Assembly (NCBI GenBank): GCA_044229845.1 | Contig: JBGASG010000001.1 | Span: 960,001 to 1,024,000, forward strand | Direction of reading: 5' to 3' | DNA: 64,000 nt | Origin: Candidatus Obscuribacteraceae bacterium | GTDB lineage: Bacteria > Cyanobacteriota > Vampirovibrionia > Obscuribacterales > Obscuribacteraceae | Shown here: one piece after another, positions 9,442-19,937 of the stretch | Numbering within the stretch: position 1 is the stretch's first letter | Layout of the letters: each line of letters begins with the position of its first letter | The notes under the pieces: model-generated | Told to the model about the DNA's origin: nothing | Database searches by the model: none | What the model saw: the letters and a program-made list of their open reading frames with translations, nothing else | Position numbers and translations under genes: made by a program

Positions 9442-11565
9442 GTGTCTGAGAATAACGGCAGCAGCAACGAACTAAGCGAATTGCGCAATATGGGTATTGC
9501 GGCGCACATCGACGCCGGCAAAACGACCACCACCGAGCGCATTCTCTTTTACTCCGGTCTCATCCACCGGGTCGGTGAAGTGCACGAAGGCACCACCGTC
9601 ACCGACTGGATGGAACAGGAAAAAGAGCGCGGTATCACAATTACCGCTGCCGCCATCACCAGCTTCTGGAAGGGCAAGCGTATCAACTTGATCGATACGC
9701 CCGGACACGTCGACTTCACCGTCGAAGTAGAGCGCTCCATGCGCGTACTCGATGGCGTCGTCATCGTGCTGTGCGCCGTCGCCGGCGTGCAACCACAAAC
9801 CAACACCGTATGGAAACAAGCCAACCGCTACGAAGTGCCGCGCATGGTCTTCATCAACAAGATGGACCGTCAGGGCGCCGACTTCTTCCGCGTGCTCAAG
9901 CAAATCAAAGAACAACTTCCCGGATTGCACTCCACCTGGACCAACGCCCATGCGTTGCAATTCCCGATTGGTGCCGAAGTCGATTTCAAAGGATTCGTCG
10001 ATGTCCTGACGGGCAAAGCCTATCTTTATGATGAAGAAGACAAACTCGGTCGCAACCTGATCGAAACTGAAGTGCCCGCCGATCTCAAAGACCTTCTGGA
10101 AGAATCGAAGCACAGCTTGCATGAAGCAATCGTCGAAACCGACGATGAGCTGATGACCAAGTACCTCGAAGGCGAAACCATCCCTGAAGAAGACCTGAAG
10201 AAGGCTCTTCGCCAGGCCGTCATCGAAAACCGTATCGTTCCGGTGCTCTGCGGCTCCGCCTTCAAGAACAAGGGCGTGCAACCACTGCTCGATGCCATCA
10301 TCGACTTGCTGCCGTCACCGGTTGATGTTCATGCCGTCAAAGGCTGGACTCCGGATGGTACCGAAGTCGAGCGTAAGTGCGATGAAAACGAGCCGTTCGC
10401 GGCCCTCGCTTTCAAAGTCATGAACGATCCGTTTGTCGGCAAACTGACCTTCTTGCGTGTGTACAGCGGCAAGCTGTCCACCGGTTCTTATGTCCTCAAT
10501 TCGATCAAAGGCAAGAAAGAGCGCATCAGCCGCTTGATTCGCTTGCAAGCCGACGACCGGACCGATGTTCAAGAAGCGAAAGCCGGAGACATCGTAGCTG
10601 CTGTTGGTTTGAAAGACACCACCACCGGTGACACGCTCTGCCTGGAGAAAGACCCGATCATTCTGGAATCCATGAAGTTTCCGGAGCCGGTCATCTCGGT
10701 CGCTATCGAACCGAAGACCAAACAAGACTCCGACAAACTCGGCATGTCTCTGGCCAAACTGGCTGAGGAAGATCCGACCTTCAAAGTGCGTGTCGATCAC
10801 GAAACCGGTCAAACGGTTATCGCCGGCATGGGCGAATTGCACCTGGAAATTATTGTCGACCGCCTGCTTCGCGAATTCAAAGTGGAAGCCAACGTCGGCA
10901 AACCGCAAGTTGCTTACCGCGAAACCATTCGCGGCAAAGTCAAACAGCAAGGCAAGTTCGTCCGTCAGTCGGGCGGTCGCGGTCAGTACGGCGATGTCAC
11001 CATCGAAATGGAACCGCTGGAAGCCGGCGCCGGATTCGAATTCGTCAACAAGATTGTTGGCGGCGTGATTCCGAAGGAATACATTCCTGGTATCGAAGTT
11101 GGGATTAAAGAAGCCATGGCTGGTGGCGTGCTTGCCGGATATCCGGTCATCGACATGCGTTGCACGCTGGTCTTCGGTTCGTACCACGAAGTGGACTCGT
11201 CCGAAATGGCCTTCCGCATCGCCGGCTCGATGGCCTTCAAAGAAGGTTTCGTTAAAGCCAAACCGGTGCTCCTCGAACCGATCATGAAGGTCGAAGTGGA
11301 AGTTCCGGAAGAGTACATGGGCGACGTTATCGGCGACCTCTCCAGCCGCCGTGGCACCGTCCAGGGCATGGAAACCATCGACAAACTGTCGAAGGTCCGC
11401 GCCATGGTTCCGCTGTCCGAGATGTTCGGTTATGCAACCGACATCCGCAACAAGACCCGTGGTCAAGGCACGTTCGTGATGGAGTTCGACCATTACGCCG
11501 AAGTGCCGCATGCCATCGCCGAAGCGGTGATCACCGGACACAAAGTCCCGACCGCCCACAAGTAA
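9442..11565 (+). CDS. fusA: Elongation factor G
   Basis: [33 protein letters not shown] and QSGGRGQYG motifs. GTG at 9442 after AAGGAAGG preferred over the upstream start at 9271. Confidence 0.98.
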   Translation: MSENNGSSNELSELRNMGIAAHIDAGKTTTTERILFYSGLIHRVGEVHEGTTVTDWMEQEKERGITITAAAITSFWKGKRINLIDTPGHVDFTVEVERSMRVLDGVVIVLCAVAGVQPQTNTVWKQANRYEVPRMVFINKMDRQGADFFRVLKQIKEQLPGLHSTWTNAHALQFPIGAEVDFKGFVDVLTGKAYLYDEEDKLGRNLIETEVPADLKDLLEESKHSLHEAIVETDDELMTKYLEGETIPEEDLKKALRQAVIENRIVPVLCGSAFKNKGVQPLLDAIIDLLPSPVDVHAVKGWTPDGTEVERKCDENEPFAALAFKVMNDPFVGKLTFLRVYSGKLSTGSYVLNSIKGKKERISRLIRLQADDRTDVQEAKAGDIVAAVGLKDTTTGDTLCLEKDPIILESMKFPEPVISVAIEPKTKQDSDKLGMSLAKLAEEDPTFKVRVDHETGQTVIAGMGELHLEIIVDRLLREFKVEANVGKPQVAYRETIRGKVKQQGKFVRQSGGRGQYGDVTIEMEPLEAGAGFEFVNKIVGGVIPKEYIPGIEVGIKEAMAGGVLAGYPVIDMRCTLVFGSYHEVDSSEMAFRIAGSMAFKEGFVKAKPVLLEPIMKVEVEVPEEYMGDVIGDLSSRRGTVQGMETIDKLSKVRAMVPLSEMFGYATDIRNKTRGQGTFVMEFDHYAEVPHAIAEAVITGHKVPTAHK

Positions 11566-11610
11566 TTGGGGCGCAGCGGTCAGCTCCGACAAGAGCCTGA
11601 AAGAAACACG

Positions 11611-11644
11611 GAAGGCGGTGCCTCAAGCGTCGCCTTCTTCTTTT
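11611..11644 (+). terminator. Intrinsic terminator downstream of fusA
   Basis: GAAGGCGGTGC-CTCAA-GCGTCGCCTTC followed by TTCTTTT. Confidence 0.75.
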
Positions 11645-11756
11645 GTGATGGTCCCTGCAGCTCGTTTGGGGTTCTGGGCGGTGTTTTCGGCCTTAGGGCA
11701 AAACAACACTTCTGTTGAAAGTCAAGAGGAGGGGCTCGGTATTACACTATCTGTCC

Positions 11757-12806
11757 ATGACGTGGCGCGAACTATCTCCGGAACAACTGTGCGAACTGAA
11801 AAACGCGATCGTCGTCGACGTGCGTTCGCCTTGCGAATTCGAAGTGGAGTCGATTCCCGGTGCGATTAATGTGCCGTTGCTCGATGATGCCCAGCGGGCC
11901 GAAGTTGGCACACTCTATAAGGTGGAAGGCGAAGTGCCCGCGAGGCGATTGGCGCTGCACATGATTTCGCCTAAGATTCCCCAGATCGTCGATGCCATTC
12001 TCTCAATGCGCACGCAAGGTTCTTCGCTGGTCATTCATTGCTGGCGCGGTGGGCTGCGCAGCGAGGCGGTGGTCAGTTTCCTCACCATAGTCGGCATCGA
12101 TTGCTGGCGCCTTACCGGCGGGTACAAAGCGTGGCGGCGCATGGTGGTGCGCGATCTGGAGGGCGCGGGATTTGAACTCGATCCGGTGGTGCTGCATGGA
12201 CAGACTGGAGTCGGTAAGACTGAGTTGCTTGCGCAACTCACCGCCAGCGGTGCCCAGGTGCTTGACCTGGAAGCACTGGCGAATCATCGCGGCTCGGTGT
12301 TCGGAGGGCTGGGATTGGGCGCGCAGCCGACGCAGAAGAATTTCGAAGCGGCGCTCTGGGAGCAAGTTCGCAGGTTGGGCAATGGACCTGTGTTCATCGA
12401 AGCCGAGAGTCGCAAAGTCGGCCGATTAGCTTTGCCTGACGCAATATTGAAATGTATCAAGGAAGGACGGCGCCTTCTGGTCACCGGTTCGGTGCCTGTG
12501 CGCGCGGCGCGCATCTGGAGCGAATACGCACCGGCCTTCAACGATCAAGTGCTGGCAGAAGCGGTTGCAGCGCTGACCAAATTGAAGGAGCGCCTGGGAA
12601 CGAAACGTGTCGAAGAACTCATCGGCCTGTTTGAAGCGGGCAAGGTTCAGGACGCGATTGAGATTTTATTGGTCGACTACTATGACCCGCTGTACCAGAC
12701 CCACATCAAACGCAACGAGCCCTACGAGCTGATTGTCGACGGCGATCATCCGCAGGTTGCATGCTCCGAATTAATGCAATGGTCGCGGGCGCAGCTGATT
12801 CGCTGA
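11757..12806 (+). CDS. mnmH: tRNA 2-selenouridine(34) synthase
   Basis: Rhodanese domain DVRSP.EF...IPGAINVPL and CWRGGLRS; P-loop GQTGVGKT; DLEALANHRGSVFG; EAESRKVG; YYDPLY. Confidence 0.95.
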   Translation: MTWRELSPEQLCELKNAIVVDVRSPCEFEVESIPGAINVPLLDDAQRAEVGTLYKVEGEVPARRLALHMISPKIPQIVDAILSMRTQGSSLVIHCWRGGLRSEAVVSFLTIVGIDCWRLTGGYKAWRRMVVRDLEGAGFELDPVVLHGQTGVGKTELLAQLTASGAQVLDLEALANHRGSVFGGLGLGAQPTQKNFEAALWEQVRRLGNGPVFIEAESRKVGRLALPDAILKCIKEGRRLLVTGSVPVRAARIWSEYAPAFNDQVLAEAVAALTKLKERLGTKRVEELIGLFEAGKVQDAIEILLVDYYDPLYQTHIKRNEPYELIVDGDHPQVACSELMQWSRAQLIR

Positions 12807-12820
12807 GTGACGAACGTTTT

Positions 12821-13288
12821 CTAAATACTTGTGGCACCGCCGGTGGTGGTGGGATCGGCACGCGGCGTCAGGGGAACGCTCTTGCATAGAGGATCTTTAG
12901 TTTCCTCCACGAGTTCGTGCAGCGTTGAACCGGCGAAGGCGGCTTCCACTGTCGCGGTGGCATCGGAGATGCGTTTGTGCAGACCGCAGAGATTGACGCC
13001 GTGTGATGGAATGCCGAGCGGGCAGGACATGATGCGCTTGATAGGATCGACTGCGTTGACGATATCAAGGATGCTGATTTCCTGCGGCGCTCTGGCGAGG
13101 ACGAAGCCACCACCGATTCCGCGCTGTGAAATGACTAGCTTGCCCTTGCCGAGTTGCTGCATGATTTTGCTCAGATAGCCGGGCGGCACCTTCGTTCCTT
13201 CCGCAATCTGCTGTCCGGTGCACGCGCTGCCCCGCATGGACAGAAAAACCATGGCTCGCAAAGCATACTCAGCGGTTTGGGATATCAT
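12821..13288 (-). CDS. Rrf2 family transcriptional regulator
   Basis: MISQTAEYALRA, YLSKIMQQL, SQRGIGGGF and CPLG...H..LC.LH motifs. Confidence 0.93.
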   Translation of the reverse strand: MISQTAEYALRAMVFLSMRGSACTGQQIAEGTKVPPGYLSKIMQQLGKGKLVISQRGIGGGFVLARAPQEISILDIVNAVDPIKRIMSCPLGIPSHGVNLCGLHKRISDATATVEAAFAGSTLHELVEETKDPLCKSVPLTPRADPTTTGGATSI

Positions 13289-13312
13289 CGACAATCCTTA
13301 TTTATATACTAA

Positions 13313-13399
13313 TGGACCTTAATATTCAGAATACCACAAATTGGGCGTTTCAGGTCTTGGCGCCGGGGTGGAAAGTGTTAGTATGGATATAAAGGTCCG
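13313..13399. promoter_or_regulatory. Pair of inverted 16-bp boxes, candidate Rrf2 operators in the divergent promoter region
   Basis: TGGACCTTAATATTCA (13313-13328) matches the reverse complement of TGGATATAAAGGTCCG (13384-13399) at 13 of 16 positions. Confidence 0.55.
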
Positions 13400-13468
13400 G
13401 TTATCCAATAGGCGAAGACGAATCAACCAAACGACGAGATGACGGGGACCAGAAGGGCGGTGAGAACG

Positions 13469-13681
13469 ATGTTAATCACGACACAAACGACAGTTCAAGA
13501 AATCCTCGATGCTCATCCAGGCGCTACTGAAGTTTTCCTGCAACACGACGTTGATGTTCCGGCGCAATGCGACGAATGCATTCTCGACACTCCGCTCGAG
13601 ATGTGCGACAGCATGTGTCATGTCGATGATCTTGACGCATTGATTGGCGATCTGCAAAAGTACGTCGACGCTCAAGGCTAG
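13469..13681 (+). CDS. Small Cys-rich DUF1858/ScdA_N-like protein
   Basis: IT..TTVQEILDAHP.A.EVF pattern; CxxC and CxxxC motifs. Confidence 0.65.
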   Translation: MLITTQTTVQEILDAHPGATEVFLQHDVDVPAQCDECILDTPLEMCDSMCHVDDLDALIGDLQKYVDAQG

Positions 13682-13702
13682 CGCGTTCACGAGGGCAAAA
13701 AC

Positions 13703-14188
13703 ATGACACAACGTCTGCCATATCAAAAGATCAGTGCCGCCGGTATCCGAGCCCTGAACGCTGTTCACAGCTACGTGCAACAGTCGGGTCTGCCGGTGGC
13801 ACTGATCGATCTTGTTTATCTGCGCATTTCGCAAATCAACGGATGCGCTTACTGCATCGACATGCACTCCCGCGACATCCTCAAAGCCGGCATTCCAATC
13901 GAGAAGTTGGTACTGGTGCCCGTCTGGCGTGAGGCGGTCGAGATGTTTACTGAGAAAGAGCGCGCCGCGCTTGCCTGGGCGGAGTGTGTGACAAATGTTG
14001 CGCAAACCCAGGTGCCGGAAGCCGACTATCAGGCAGCTTCAGAACATCTTAGCGAGAAGGAACTGGTCGACCTGACGATTGCCATCGGCTTGATGAATGC
14101 GTTCAATCGTCTGGCCATCAGCTTCCGCGCAACTCCGGCGGCAGTCAAAGAACTGGCCGGTGCGACCACCTCAGCAACAGCATCCTAA
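13703..14188 (+). CDS. Carboxymuconolactone decarboxylase / AhpD-like protein
   Basis: LVYLRISQINGCAYCIDMH, FTEKERAALAWAE and MNAFNRL motifs. Confidence 0.93.
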   Translation: MTQRLPYQKISAAGIRALNAVHSYVQQSGLPVALIDLVYLRISQINGCAYCIDMHSRDILKAGIPIEKLVLVPVWREAVEMFTEKERAALAWAECVTNVAQTQVPEADYQAASEHLSEKELVDLTIAIGLMNAFNRLAISFRATPAAVKELAGATTSATAS

Positions 14189-14259
14189 CTCCGTTTTTCC
14201 GCCATTACGGTAAACTGTAGTGCTGCCTCGCTCGGGGGCGATGCTGACAAGAGGAAGTA

Positions 14260-14673
14260 ATGAAGTACCTGCACAGCGGCTACATTCTGTTCTGCGAACG
14301 CGCTGAACATGCCGACGACGGCCGCATCAATGCATTCGGGCTGTTCGACCTCTTCACCGGCAAGTACCTGCCTATTCGCGTGCAATGTCATTGCATCGTC
14401 GGCTTCGGCACTCCATACGAACGTCGGCAATATAAGGGCGTTTTCACCCTTGAAGATGCAGACGGAACGCAGCTGGTCACGCACGAGTTTCAAGCCAACG
14501 ATCCCAACGATCTTTTCAAGGGTCACCAGAGTTTTCCAGTTGACTTCACCCTTAATCGCGAGGGCAGCTATACCGCCCGCGTTGTGCTTTCCAACTGGAA
14601 GAACGAAGATGTCTGGGAAGTGCAGCGCCACTTCTGGGCGATGGTGATCGGCGAAACGCCGCCCGATCCGTAA
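14260..14673 (+). CDS. Conserved hypothetical protein (DUF6941-like beta-rich domain)
   Basis: LFCERAE...DGRINAFGLFD N-terminus; EGSYTARV; GAGG ribosome-binding site. Confidence 0.6.
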   Translation: MKYLHSGYILFCERAEHADDGRINAFGLFDLFTGKYLPIRVQCHCIVGFGTPYERRQYKGVFTLEDADGTQLVTHEFQANDPNDLFKGHQSFPVDFTLNREGSYTARVVLSNWKNEDVWEVQRHFWAMVIGETPPDP

Positions 14674-14732
14674 AGCATTAGGCACCGATTATAGGCACCG
14701 AATGTGGTGCCCGACCCAAGTTATGATGCGCG

Positions 14733-15362
14733 CTATTCGACCTTGATCGAGCGTGCCGCATTCTCGGCTTTCGCGAAGTACGTCTGTCCCGATGTCGGAT
14801 CACGCGAGTCAACGGCCACCGCTTTCGAGCCGACGATGGTCACATAAACGAAGCCGTGTATCAAGGTCGGACCCAGCTTTTCCTTGTATCCCTCCCAGGA
14901 TGCCATCCCGAACTTGCGACCGTTGATGGTTACTTCCTTGCTGGGCGACTTCTTAAAGTCCTTGTACGCACTCGGATAAGAAGAAAGGAACGCATCCACG
15001 AACTCTGTCGTGCGCACGGTTGGTGACATGTTAGTGAAACCATCGTTGACCGTCACGGAGAGCGTCGCGCGAGCCGATTCGCCCTTGCCCCAGGGTGGTG
15101 CCCAGATCACGCTCTCTACCGATGAAGCACCGTTTTTGCGATTGGCGCGCACCTTCTCCGAAAATTCTGTCGGCACCGCCAGGGAAAACTTCAAGCCGCC
15201 GGCGGTTTCTGTGACTTCGCTGCCACCTTCTGATTTTGCGTGAGGCGCAGTGACGTTTGGCGGCGGACCGGCATTTTGCGCGCCGGCGATTGCTCCGGCT
15301 GCCAGAGCGAACGCGCCCAGCGTAAATGATGCAATCAAAGTTTGTCGAAGATTCAAGGTCAT
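14733..15362 (-). CDS. Secreted hypothetical protein (paralog array member)
   Basis: Signal peptide; shares YP..YKDFKKS, G.KFG.AS.EG and LGP.LIHGF.Y with 15625..16317. Confidence 0.75.
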   Translation of the reverse strand: MTLNLRQTLIASFTLGAFALAAGAIAGAQNAGPPPNVTAPHAKSEGGSEVTETAGGLKFSLAVPTEFSEKVRANRKNGASSVESVIWAPPWGKGESARATLSVTVNDGFTNMSPTVRTTEFVDAFLSSYPSAYKDFKKSPSKEVTINGRKFGMASWEGYKEKLGPTLIHGFVYVTIVGSKAVAVDSRDPTSGQTYFAKAENAARSIKVE

Positions 15363-15392
15363 TTGAAGAACTCCATTGACCGACCTGCTGGA

Positions 15393-15596
15393 CTACTGGA
15401 TCTTGAGAGAACGCGCCGAGGTTTCCGCTTTTGCTCGAAACAACTGCGCTTTGGTGGGGTCGCGATAATCGGATTTGCCGCCGTTTTTGGTAGCGGGTTT
15501 GGTGGCGTCAACGGCGCCGGCTTCCGCGGCCGCCGTCACAGTGATTGCGCACATGACACAAACTGTACTGCTAAGGAGTTTCGTTGGATTTTTCAT
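15393..15596 (-). pseudogene. Internally deleted or miniature paralog (signal peptide joined to the C-terminal helix)
   Basis: C-terminus YRDPTKAQLFRAKAETSARSLKIQ resembles SRDPTSGQTYFAKAENAARSIKVE of the neighbour; the central domain is absent. Confidence 0.55.
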
Positions 15597-15624
15597 CGAT
15601 GCTTCTCAGTCCTTTCGTATCACG

Positions 15625-16317
15625 TCACTCGATTTTGAATGATTGCGCAGCCTTCCGCAGCACTGGTAGATTGTCGGGCTTTACTCCCGGATCCAAGCCT
15701 TCGACCATGACAGTGCAGTTCTTGATCATGGCGATGTAAGTGAAGCCGTGTATGAGGTTCGGTCCAAGTATTGCTCTGCGCCCTTCGAAGGACGCCGTGC
15801 CGAACCGCGTGCCGCTTAGATTTGCAGTCGATGAATCCGACTTCTTGAAATCTTTGAACAGTTGCGGATACTCTCCTAGACTGGCATCGGCTAGTTTTGG
15901 CGGAGTGAACATGTAGGTGGCGATCAGCGGCGCAATGTTTCCACCCAGTGCGCTGGGATTTGAGAAATTCAGCCCCTCCGTCACCATGATCACAATTTGT
16001 GGTGGTGCCACCCCGGCGGGCGCCGGCGAAGACAGAGTCAGCAGTTCGTACTTTTTCTGCGTCTTCATTGTGCCCTTGACGCGTTTCAAAATGCCAAAGT
16101 TTGCCGGCACGACCATGCTGACGCGCTGGCCGCAAATGGTGGTCGTGGCTTCCTTGTAGTTCTTGTCGACCGCCGCAAAGACCACCGGCGAATACTGCGA
16201 ACTGCCGCTCGCACCTGGTTTAGCGGCGTCTTCCGCACAGGCGCTCGAGCCGCCCATCTGGGCTAGCGCCAGAACTGTGATTGAGACAAGGACACGCGTC
16301 TTTAGAGTTGAAAACAT
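15625..16317 (-). CDS. Secreted hypothetical protein (paralog array member)
   Basis: Signal peptide; paralogous to 14733..15362. Confidence 0.75.
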   Translation of the reverse strand: MFSTLKTRVLVSITVLALAQMGGSSACAEDAAKPGASGSSQYSPVVFAAVDKNYKEATTTICGQRVSMVVPANFGILKRVKGTMKTQKKYELLTLSSPAPAGVAPPQIVIMVTEGLNFSNPSALGGNIAPLIATYMFTPPKLADASLGEYPQLFKDFKKSDSSTANLSGTRFGTASFEGRRAILGPNLIHGFTYIAMIKNCTVMVEGLDPGVKPDNLPVLRKAAQSFKIE

Positions 16318-16431
16318 GTTCTCTTCTCGCTTACCGAGGTGGCTATTTTAAACCAACCGGTCGCTCACTCAAAGTCGCTGATTTCGCAGCCTTATGCAAC
16401 ACTGCCATCTGGGTCGACTTAGCTTCCCACG

Positions 16432-17673
16432 TTATAGAAAGGGCACGTACTCGAAAGAGCCGGCGAGAATCGATTTGCTGTCGGCAGCCAACCACTTGTC
16501 GAGAATGGTGGCATACATCGACCGGAAGTCGATGACGTATTTCAAATCGCCGTTGTCCAAATTCGTCAGACTCGGCTGCTCGCCGTAAATCCCACCTCTG
16601 ATATTCGTGCCCGCCACGAAGGCCGGCGCCGCGGTACCATGATCGGTGCCGCGTCCCCCATTCTCTGCCACCCGGCGCCCGAATTCGGAGAATGCCATCA
16701 ACACAACATCATCGTCGACTTTGTGTGCCTTCAGATCTTCGTAGAACGCCGTAACTCCCTCGGACAATTGCTTCAACAATCCAGCTTGGGTGCGTAGTTG
16801 ATTTGTATGCGTGTCGAATCCGTCAAGACTGACGGAAAACACAGGTGCATTCAGTCCGCCCGCGATCATTTGAGCAATGAATTTCAATCCGTTGCCAAAT
16901 GAGCCCGTCGGATATTTGGCTGTGCTCTGATAGTTTTTGACCAGTCTTTGTAGATAATCGGAGGCGGCGTTGGCGTCAACACCCGCCTTGCGCAACAAGT
17001 CTGCATGCGGACGCTTTAAATCAAAGTCCGCGTAAATCTCGTTGAACGCTTGCACCTGCGCCTCACGATCTTGCTGATACATCGGATCGGTGCGGAATTT
17101 GAACTCCAGCGGATTATTGACCGAAGGCACGGTCACCTGATCGGCGAGCAACGACTTGGGCAATATAGGATCGACATTCACTGCCGGAAAGAGATTCTCA
17201 CCGGCTCCACGCGCGCAACACGAATCTAAGTAGCGCCCCAGCCAGCCGGTGTTTTCAATGCGGTCTGGAAAACCGGTCTGCCAGATTTCGATGGAGCGGA
17301 AGTGGGAGCGATTTGGTGTTGGATATCCAACTCCCTGCACAATCGCCAGTTTGCCGGATTTATAAAGATCGGCGAAAGCAGTCATGTCGGGATGCAGCGC
17401 AGTTTTCCCATCCAGCGGCAATGCCTTATCCGCGGCAATGCCGATCACCGGACGCGCTTTGTAGTACGCACCATCGGTATAGGGAATCACGGTGTTCAAA
17501 CCGTCATTGCCACCACCCATCTGCACAAGCACCAGTATCTTGGTCTTGCCCGACTGCCGTGGGGCAAAGTCAGCAGCCTTCGCGGCCAGCGACCAGATTG
17601 ACGGCAACGTCAAAGAAACCCCGACAACACCTAGACCTTGTTTGAGAAACTTGCGCCGCGAGACTTCCTTCAT
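16432..17673 (-). CDS. DUF1501 family protein with Tat signal peptide
   Basis: SRRKFLK twin-arginine motif; GGNDGLNTVIPY, NRSHFRS, GFDTH and FSEFGRR...GTDHG motifs. Confidence 0.93.
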   Translation of the reverse strand: MKEVSRRKFLKQGLGVVGVSLTLPSIWSLAAKAADFAPRQSGKTKILVLVQMGGGNDGLNTVIPYTDGAYYKARPVIGIAADKALPLDGKTALHPDMTAFADLYKSGKLAIVQGVGYPTPNRSHFRSIEIWQTGFPDRIENTGWLGRYLDSCCARGAGENLFPAVNVDPILPKSLLADQVTVPSVNNPLEFKFRTDPMYQQDREAQVQAFNEIYADFDLKRPHADLLRKAGVDANAASDYLQRLVKNYQSTAKYPTGSFGNGLKFIAQMIAGGLNAPVFSVSLDGFDTHTNQLRTQAGLLKQLSEGVTAFYEDLKAHKVDDDVVLMAFSEFGRRVAENGGRGTDHGTAAPAFVAGTNIRGGIYGEQPSLTNLDNGDLKYVIDFRSMYATILDKWLAADSKSILAGSFEYVPFL

Positions 17674-17695
17674 GCCTGTCGTGTTCCTTTGAAAC

Positions 17696-19054
17696 TCATG
17701 CCAATTGATAACTGGGAAGCGTCATGATCAAGTGTACGAGACCGCGCAGCTTGGCGTCCAATATTTTGTCGTTGGGCATCTGAGCGGCGCCCGCGGCATC
17801 TGCCGGCGGCGCGCCCTTGATGTCGCTGCCGACATATGCCTGCAGCCGCTCACGCGTGCTGCCTGGAACATCCCCATCAACCAGCAGTTGCAGAAAGTAA
17901 TCGACCATCTGCGTGTTGGTGTGAATGCCCTGTTTCTTCAACAGTTCCGACGTAGCAACCGCCTGCTTCAGATCGGCAAACCGCTCGCTGGAGACGCGTG
18001 CCGCAAAATTGAAGCGCTCCATCATCGTATCCGTGGCTATCCACGCCTCGCCACCGTCCCAGCCTTTGACATTGGGCGGCTCAAACAAATTCTGCCCCAT
18101 GCGCGCCATGCTGGTCGGCAGGTCGTGGTCCAGTTTCTTGATCTGCAAAGTCTTAAGTGTGCCCACCACTAATTCTGCGGGGCTCTTGATGTGCGCGTGA
18201 TAAGCCTTCTTGGAGAGAAACTCAGGCGAAGTGAAAATGGCACGCAGCACCGGTCCGATGTTGTAATTGCTCGACGAATAAACTTTAGCGATGCGCGTCA
18301 CGTACTCCTTGCTTGGGTCTTCGAAGACGAAAAATCTGATCAGCTTTCTGGTAAGAAACATTGCCGCAGCTGGCCGTGCCACCAGAATGCGCACCACGTC
18401 GTCGCCATTCAAGTTGCCTGTGACACCAAGCAGCGTCTTGGAACCATTGTCGTGCTGCTTGGAGTTGAAGAAGAAACCGCTGCTCTGCGTCTGCCAACCA
18501 GTGAACGCGCGCGCCGCCTCTTTGATGTCTTGCTCGGTGTAATTGCCGATGCCCAGCGTGAACAATTCCATGATCTCGCGAGCATAGTTCTCGTTGGGTT
18601 TGCCTTTGCGATTTTGTTGATTGTCCAGCCAGATGATCATGGCTGGGTCTTTGGAGACGTTGTATAAGAGCTCGTGAAAGCTGCCCATGCCATAAGAGCG
18701 AAACAGCATGTTCTGCAGATACATGGCATAGGGATGTCCGACTTTTCTGTTCGATGTGGCGAAGTGCCCGTGCCAGAAGAGAGTCATCTTCTCTTCGAGA
18801 GGGCGTTTCGTGAACATCATGCGGTAGAGCCACCAGCGCTTTAGATCACCCAGATTTGTGAAATCGAATTGCTGCTTTTCCTTGATCTGCGATTCCAGAA
18901 CGTCGTTGCTGACACGCTCGGGATTGAGCAATTCGTCGAGCGTATCTTTGTAACCGAGCCCCTTGTAGTAATCAAACTCCTGCGGCGTGTGCCCGAAACC
19001 AGCCCTGCGCAGCAGGTGACGAATCCACATCGAATCGGAGTTTTGCGAATTCAT
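17696..19054 (-). CDS. DUF1800 family protein
   Basis: HLLRRAGFG, EKMTLFWHGHFATS, PNENYAREIMELFTLG and PPNVKGW motifs; canonical pairing with DUF1501. Confidence 0.94.
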   Translation of the reverse strand: MNSQNSDSMWIRHLLRRAGFGHTPQEFDYYKGLGYKDTLDELLNPERVSNDVLESQIKEKQQFDFTNLGDLKRWWLYRMMFTKRPLEEKMTLFWHGHFATSNRKVGHPYAMYLQNMLFRSYGMGSFHELLYNVSKDPAMIIWLDNQQNRKGKPNENYAREIMELFTLGIGNYTEQDIKEAARAFTGWQTQSSGFFFNSKQHDNGSKTLLGVTGNLNGDDVVRILVARPAAAMFLTRKLIRFFVFEDPSKEYVTRIAKVYSSSNYNIGPVLRAIFTSPEFLSKKAYHAHIKSPAELVVGTLKTLQIKKLDHDLPTSMARMGQNLFEPPNVKGWDGGEAWIATDTMMERFNFAARVSSERFADLKQAVATSELLKKQGIHTNTQMVDYFLQLLVDGDVPGSTRERLQAYVGSDIKGAPPADAAGAAQMPNDKILDAKLRGLVHLIMTLPSYQLA

Positions 19055-19060
19055 ACTTTC

Positions 19061-19753
19061 TCAGTTGGCTTCCACCGGTGCTATCGACATATTGGGCGGT
19101 GGTCCGACCACGCCCGACGGTTTGAACGAGCCCTGTTTACTCATGCCTGGTGGCATATTCGGTGCGTTCAATCCGGTCAGCATCTCGCCGTGCCGCATTT
19201 GATCGAGTTGCACGAGTTGCTGTTCGGTGAGCAGCGCTTTTACCTGGTCCCAACCTGATTGGCGCGCCGTCTGAATCTTCAGCACCAGATCTTTGCCGGG
19301 ACCGTTTTCAATCTGATCGCGGAAATATTGTTCGCCGCTGATTTTCTCACCGGGCTTCGGGCGCATCTCCTTCAGTTCGTTTAGCCAGGGCTGAATTGTT
19401 TCTTTGGTGGCATTGTAGATTTTTTCGATGTCCTTCTTCTGCTCTGCTTTGAGCCCCGGAATCTGCTTCAGCTGCTGATAGTTGGGAAACTTGCTCGCTT
19501 GCGCATCAATCATTTCGCGAACGCGTCCGCGCGCATCGGTGGCGGTGCGAAATCCCGGTGCTACGTCACCGGCATTCTCCGGGTCGCTGAATATGTTGCA
19601 GCCCGAGTTGACCTTGTCGCAATTGTCGGTGGCTTGTTTCTTCGACGCTTGATTCTTCTGTGGCTGCTGCTTCGCTGCTCGTGTCTTCGATGCAGCAAAA
19701 AGCGCCGGCTGCGCCAGCGCCATTACCGCAATAACCAGCAAAACCTTTTTCAT
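19061..19753 (-). CDS. Secreted helical protein (Spy/CpxP-like motifs)
   Basis: Signal peptide; L..EQKK.I and LLTEQQLVQL motifs; appears co-transcribed with DUF1800/DUF1501. Confidence 0.55.
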   Translation of the reverse strand: MKKVLLVIAVMALAQPALFAASKTRAAKQQPQKNQASKKQATDNCDKVNSGCNIFSDPENAGDVAPGFRTATDARGRVREMIDAQASKFPNYQQLKQIPGLKAEQKKDIEKIYNATKETIQPWLNELKEMRPKPGEKISGEQYFRDQIENGPGKDLVLKIQTARQSGWDQVKALLTEQQLVQLDQMRHGEMLTGLNAPNMPPGMSKQGSFKPSGVVGPPPNMSIAPVEAN

Positions 19754-19937
19754 CGCTATTGACAAGAGTTGGGAAGAAACGACCTGGCTCCTTCCTGTAG
19801 ATTATTCCAATTCTTGACAATACGCCAGTCGTTCCCCATATGAAATTCGCTTCCCTTTGGGTTACCGGGTTTTTTGGTATCTTTGCAACGGCGTTACGGC
19901 AAGAGCCGGCTGGAACCCTTAGGATTTCGTCCACCGA

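Noticed and set aside
10315..11592. Long antisense ORFs opposite fusA (and similar ones opposite icd, rsmB and emrB)
   Set aside because: These are shadow ORFs caused by codon bias in GC-rich genes and have no recognisable motifs.
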